Below are positions 60,279 to 64,000 of a stretch of 64,000 nucleotides of DNA, piece by piece. The position numbers and the translations under genes are program-made. The notes beneath the pieces were generated by a model. It saw only the letters and a list, made by a program, of their open reading frames with translations, ran no database searches and was not told where the DNA came from. Position 1 is the first letter of the stretch. Each line of letters begins with the position of its first letter. The stretch lies in IMG/VR virus record IMGVR_UViG_3300044518_000037, positions 11,808 to 75,807 of that record. The stretch is one strand, 5' to 3'. Source of the DNA: a virus (Duplodnaviria > Caudoviricetes).

Positions 60279-62132
60279 CTATATGAGCGTCCAGGTCCAG
60301 GACGGTGCCGTTGTGTACGACAAGGAGATGGCCCTTCCAGATGGGACGATAAACGCCCCAGAGGTCAGGCCGGTATTGGACCCGTCAACAGCGATCTGGG
60401 AGACGGCCCCGCCGGAGACGCACACCATGGCGTCCCGCCACGCCGGCGAGCGAAGACTCGTGCCGGAGGTGGGTACCGCCGGCGCGGCGAAGGTCCCAGG
60501 CGGCCGGTCAAGGTACTGGACCTTGACCTTGGTCGGGTTCGACACCGCGACGTTCGAGATGATCCCGGCCAGGCCCACGTAACCGACCGACGTGGCATCC
60601 GGATCCTTCACGTGCAAGCCGCTGATGTTCTCCACATCGAGCATGGCGACGTACAACTTCCCGCTGGTGGTGAGCAGCAGAGCGTTGGTGCACGCCTCCA
60701 CGCAGGCGTACAGGACCATGAGCTGATGCTGCGCCGCGCCTGATTGCTCGAAACTGCCGATTGAGACCAGGCCGTTGTAGCAGTAGACGGCCTGGATCTG
60801 GGTGACCACGCAGTGCTCGGTGAGAAGCGCGCCGTATGTGTACCCCTCGCATGAGAAGGAGTCGACCTTGCAGAAGGCGTTATTGGCGGGGAAGGGCATC
60901 GCGAGACCCCACTCCCAGCCGGTGCCGTCAGGGGAGCTGATCGTGGGCGGGGTTTGGTCCGTGAAGGCGCCGGCGCTGATGACGTGGGCTTCGGCCATTC
61001 CTCGGAAATCGAAGGCGCTGATGAAGCCGCCCACGTGGTTTCCCTTGGCCTGGACCTGGAGTCCGTCCACCACCACCATGACGTTGTTGAAAAGGGTGCC
61101 AGTTCCGAGCCCGTAGCCCTGCTGGGGCGTCGGGCCGCCGAGTACGCTGCATTCCCCGTTCGTATTGTCCATGACCTCCTGATAGGTGGTCTTCAGGACT
61201 GTTCCGTTGATCTCAGGGCTTGTCTGCTGCCAGTGCGGAAGAGCCCCCGCCTCCCCCACGCCCTTGAAGCGGAGCGTTACCTTGCTCGCGGTCGGGGCCA
61301 CGACGGGGATCGGGATCAGCGCGTTGCCCTTCGTGGCGCCGCCCTTCACCGGTGCCGAGGAAAGCAGGTACGTAGCGCTCGGGAGCAGCACCGTGCAGTC
61401 GTACCGGCCGCTTGACGTGGCCCAGTTGACCGCCGCCGTGACGGCCGCACGGATGGCTGCGGTGTCGTCCGTGACACCGTCGCCGACCGCGCCGTACGAC
61501 TTGACGTTGAAAACCCAGGGATCGACGGTGCTCGTCGGGGTCTGCCAAGTCGCCGCGCTGGAGCTGGTGGCCGTGAGTACCTGGCCAACCGATGGCGTGC
61601 CCGAAGCGGTGACGGCTCCGAGCCCGGCCCCCTGCGGACCGGCCGGGCCTTGCGGACCAGTCGACCCTTGAGGACCCGCTGGCCCCTGAGGTCCCTGAGG
61701 GCCGGTAGCCCCAGCTGCCCCCTGCGGACCAGGAGGTCCAACGACCGGCAGGTACTGCCCGCTGTACGGTGATTGCGGGGCTATTCGGCTGATGTCCACC
61801 GTGGCAGGGCTGGACGGAAGGAAGACGCTGTAGGTGCGGGTCTGGCTGTTACTGGACGGTGAGTACGCGGGCCACAGCGTCTCCTGCACCTGGTAGGTCC
61901 ATCCGGTTGGGGAACCGGGATTGTCCGTGGCGATCAGCCAAACCGAAAACTGACCGTACTGGTCGAGCTTCACTGTGGCCGGCAGGGCGGAGATCGTCGT
62001 CGCGCCAGGGAGCGTCAGCGTGACCGGCGGAGTGAACGTCAGTGTCCCCTGGAGAGGATTCCCCTCGGGATCAACGTAATGGCCGGTCAGGTTGACACTC
62101 GCTATCCCAGTCGGCGGATGCGGCGTTGCCAT
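60279..62132 (-). CDS. Collagen-repeat tailspike with a pectate-lyase-like beta-helix
   Basis: (GXY)n GPPGPQGAAGATGPQG; FNVKSYGAVGDGVTDDTAAI. Confidence 0.88.
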   Translation of the reverse strand: MATPHPPTGIASVNLTGHYVDPEGNPLQGTLTFTPPVTLTLPGATTISALPATVKLDQYGQFSVWLIATDNPGSPTGWTYQVQETLWPAYSPSSNSQTRTYSVFLPSSPATVDISRIAPQSPYSGQYLPVVGPPGPQGAAGATGPQGPQGPAGPQGSTGPQGPAGPQGAGLGAVTASGTPSVGQVLTATSSSAATWQTPTSTVDPWVFNVKSYGAVGDGVTDDTAAIRAAVTAAVNWATSSGRYDCTVLLPSATYLLSSAPVKGGATKGNALIPIPVVAPTASKVTLRFKGVGEAGALPHWQQTSPEINGTVLKTTYQEVMDNTNGECSVLGGPTPQQGYGLGTGTLFNNVMVVVDGLQVQAKGNHVGGFISAFDFRGMAEAHVISAGAFTDQTPPTISSPDGTGWEWGLAMPFPANNAFCKVDSFSCEGYTYGALLTEHCVVTQIQAVYCYNGLVSIGSFEQSGAAQHQLMVLYACVEACTNALLLTTSGKLYVAMLDVENISGLHVKDPDATSVGYVGLAGIISNVAVSNPTKVKVQYLDRPPGTFAAPAVPTSGTSLRSPAWRDAMVCVSGGAVSQIAVDGSNTGLTSGAFIVPSGRAISLSYTTAPSWTWTLI

Positions 62133-62165
62133 CTACGCAAGCTCCAATCTACGGTCGGGCGCCGT

Positions 62166-62576
62166 TCAGACCGCAGTCGGCAGTCGCAGGACCACCGCCC
62201 ATACCGGCTCCGACGGAGCGGTGGCGCCCGGCTCCTCTACCGCCAGCCACACCGCTGGCCCCTCCTGGTCGGAATGGCTGACGATGTCGCCCATCGCGTA
62301 GGCCGAGTGCTCATCCCAAGCGCCCCTCCAAGAGGCGAGGAACGCCCCGGCCGGCCCCGCCGGACCAACAGGCCCCGCAGGGCCGGGCTCCCCAGCCGGG
62401 CCCTGCACGCCGACACCCCCAGCAGCCCCCTGGTGAAGATGAGCGATGGCGCCCTTCAGCCAGTGGACGTTCTCGCGAACCGCAGAGAAGAAGGTCGCCG
62501 AACCGACCTCCGGAGTATCCGGCGGATTCAGAACGGGCGACGAACCTGCGCTAGCCGTCGTGGTAAACGTCTCCAT
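62166..62576 (-). CDS. Short collagen-repeat protein with a CBM-like C-terminus
   Basis: GPAGEPGPAGPVGPAG; WRGAW....AY..GD.VS. Confidence 0.75.
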   Translation of the reverse strand: METFTTTASAGSSPVLNPPDTPEVGSATFFSAVRENVHWLKGAIAHLHQGAAGGVGVQGPAGEPGPAGPVGPAGPAGAFLASWRGAWDEHSAYAMGDIVSHSDQEGPAVWLAVEEPGATAPSEPVWAVVLRLPTAV

Positions 62577-63165
62577 GGGAAGGTCCCTCCGGGGCAGATC
62601 TCAACGCATCCGCGAACGTGCCCTGGGTGTATGGATTGTCGAAGCTCGAATCCACCAGGTAGTCACGGAAAGTCGGGTCATTGACGAGCTCGTCGTTCAT
62701 GATCTGAGCCGCAGAAATCGTGACGATAATGTCCCGGCGCCGAATCTGGCCCTCCACGTCGACCCGCTTCACCGAGAACACCACGTCGTCGTACGTAATC
62801 CGGTCCCGCTGATAGCTGCCGTGCTTCAGGTCGACCTTCGACAGGCCGGCCTTCGCGAGCTGCTGGAACTCGCAGGTCACGATCAGCGAGTCCATCACGT
62901 ACAGGCCGGCGTCCCGAGGCTCGACGTTGCCCGCCTCCACATGGTTCACATGCAGCGCCGGGATCTCCCAAGCCGCGTACCACGCCTTGCCCGCGCCGGC
63001 GCCCTCGTCGTACACCGGGTGCACTTCGCTGGAGGAGTAGTCGAACCGCCAGTACGTGAACGAGTCGCCCGCCAGCCGCTGCCATGCCCGCAGGCCCCGG
63101 TGGATACCAGTGGTTTCGGCATTGGCCCCGAAACGCCCGTGCTTCCAATCCAGTCGAGAACGCAC
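62551..63165 (-). CDS. Head-tail connector/neck protein (probable)
   Basis: Position; beta-rich; DRITY...VF.V..V...G. Confidence 0.65.
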   Translation of the reverse strand: MRSRLDWKHGRFGANAETTGIHRGLRAWQRLAGDSFTYWRFDYSSSEVHPVYDEGAGAGKAWYAAWEIPALHVNHVEAGNVEPRDAGLYVMDSLIVTCEFQQLAKAGLSKVDLKHGSYQRDRITYDDVVFSVKRVDVEGQIRRRDIIVTISAAQIMNDELVNDPTFRDYLVDSSFDNPYTQGTFADALRSAPEGPSHGDVYHDG

Positions 63166-63169
63166 CCCG

Positions 63170-64000
63170 TCACCCCCACACGCCAGGGAACGCGGACGAC
63201 GGAATCCCCGAATCGTCCTCGTACTCGACGCCGTCGACCGGCGGCAGCAGCCGCTGAGGCAGGGCCGTGTCGTCGTACTCCCGATCCCGAAACAGCGGCA
63301 CCAGGCGGTTCGTCGTCCGAGACACGCGCCGCAACGTGAACATCTCGATCCGCGACAGGCCCACATTGAGCTGCTCGCACAGCTGGTTGTACCGCCCCGT
63401 CAATCCGCTCGTCGCAGTCCCGATGTGCTCCATCAGCTGCTGGTACCGCTCGGAGCGCCGGACGACGGTCCCCTCCGAGGTCACGATGTCGATGTCCGTG
63501 GCCGCGTCTGTCGCCAGCGACCACAGGACGTTGATTGACGCGAGGTAGGCGACCAGCGGCTCCTCGATGGTCGGCAGAGTGGCCAGCGTGATCGGCTGCT
63601 CGTCGTAGCGGATGAAACCGTGCTGGTCGCGGTAGCGCGCCCGAACCGTGCGCCCGTACGTGTGCTGGTTCAACGCGTCGGAGATGTACAGGGCGAGGTC
63701 GTCGTCGCCGAACATGCCCTGCGTTTTGCCCTCGACCCGCAGGTTCTGCCCGTGGTGCAGTGGTGAGTAAGCGGGGTTTACCAGGATGATCCGCCCCTCC
63801 TCCTGGTCCAGGACGTAGTCCGTTGCCGGCACCAGAAGCACGCCCGTCGGCGGAGTCCCCGAGGTGATCGTGACGGTGGCCGACCCCACGTTCGTCTCGG
63901 ACAGGTCATAGCTGCTCAGTTCATCCCCGCCGAGGAAGGTGTCGAGGAACGGGGCGCCGTAGTCCCCAACCTCGTTGCGGATGCGCTTGATGAGCGCGTC
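63170..64000 (-). CDS. Head-tail adaptor/neck protein, 5' end outside the window
   Basis: Frame open to the window edge; LA.DA..DI......RSERY.QL. Confidence 0.7.
   Translation of the reverse strand, partial: DALIKRIRNEVGDYGAPFLDTFLGGDELSSYDLSETNVGSATVTITSGTPPTGVLLVPATDYVLDQEEGRIILVNPAYSPLHHGQNLRVEGKTQGMFGDDDLALYISDALNQHTYGRTVRARYRDQHGFIRYDEQPITLATLPTIEEPLVAYLASINVLWSLATDAATDIDIVTSEGTVVRRSERYQQLMEHIGTATSGLTGRYNQLCEQLNVGLSRIEMFTLRRVSRTTNRLVPLFRDREYDDTALPQRLLPPVDGVEYEDDSGIPSSAFPGVWG

Larger units (their letters stand above)
1..64000. mobile_element. Segment of a large actinobacterial myovirus-like phage/prophage; extends beyond both window ends
   Basis: Contiguous sheath/tube/tape-measure/baseplate module, phage-type replication and recombination genes, Lsr2 and WhiB; no host genes recognised. 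Confidence 0.93.

Noticed and set aside
61620-61740. 9-bp-period DNA repeats
   Set aside because: Explained by collagen Gly-X-Y coding
40581-62132. Diversity-generating retroelement or invertible tail-fibre cassette
   Set aside because: No reverse transcriptase, no template/variable repeat pair and no inverted fibre segments were recognised
40581-64000. Stand-alone extracellular contractile injection system or tailocin
   Set aside because: Neck/head-tail genes and a full replication module are contiguous, which indicates a phage

Overview
The whole window reads as part of a large, high-GC actinobacterial phage or prophage with a contractile tail (myovirus-like). Lsr2 and WhiB genes point to an actinomycete host. 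No host housekeeping genes, rRNA, tRNA or CRISPR array were recognised, so I cannot tell a prophage from a free phage. There are three blocks. (1) 1-14.9 kb, mostly + strand, is an accessory/early region of small unknown genes. It holds two convergent Lsr2 paralogues sharing a novel C-terminal domain, a multi-zinc-finger protein, and a run of single genes each followed by a related GC-rich hairpin. It also holds a 3.2-kb module bounded by 16-bp direct repeats (4909-4924 and 8087-8102). That module encodes a small ORF, a large serine recombinase carrying an IS5-transposase-like HTH insert, and a resolvase-like protein lacking the catalytic serine. (2) 15-40 kb, - strand, covers DNA modification, recombination and replication: TGT/DpdA-like protein, degenerate HADs, HNH, SLT, SpoVS-like, RuvC, Cas4-like exonuclease, WhiB, Hjc-like nuclease, RecA, PolA, SSB, SNF2 helicase, primase, DnaB, DnaC/IstB loader and a candidate origin. 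(3) 40-64 kb, - strand, covers tail and baseplate morphogenesis: fibres, baseplate, tape measure with NlpC/P60 and SLT domains, a chaperone with a probable +1 frameshift, tube, sheath and neck. Capsid and terminase genes are not in the window. All family assignments come from recognising motifs by eye; no searches were run.
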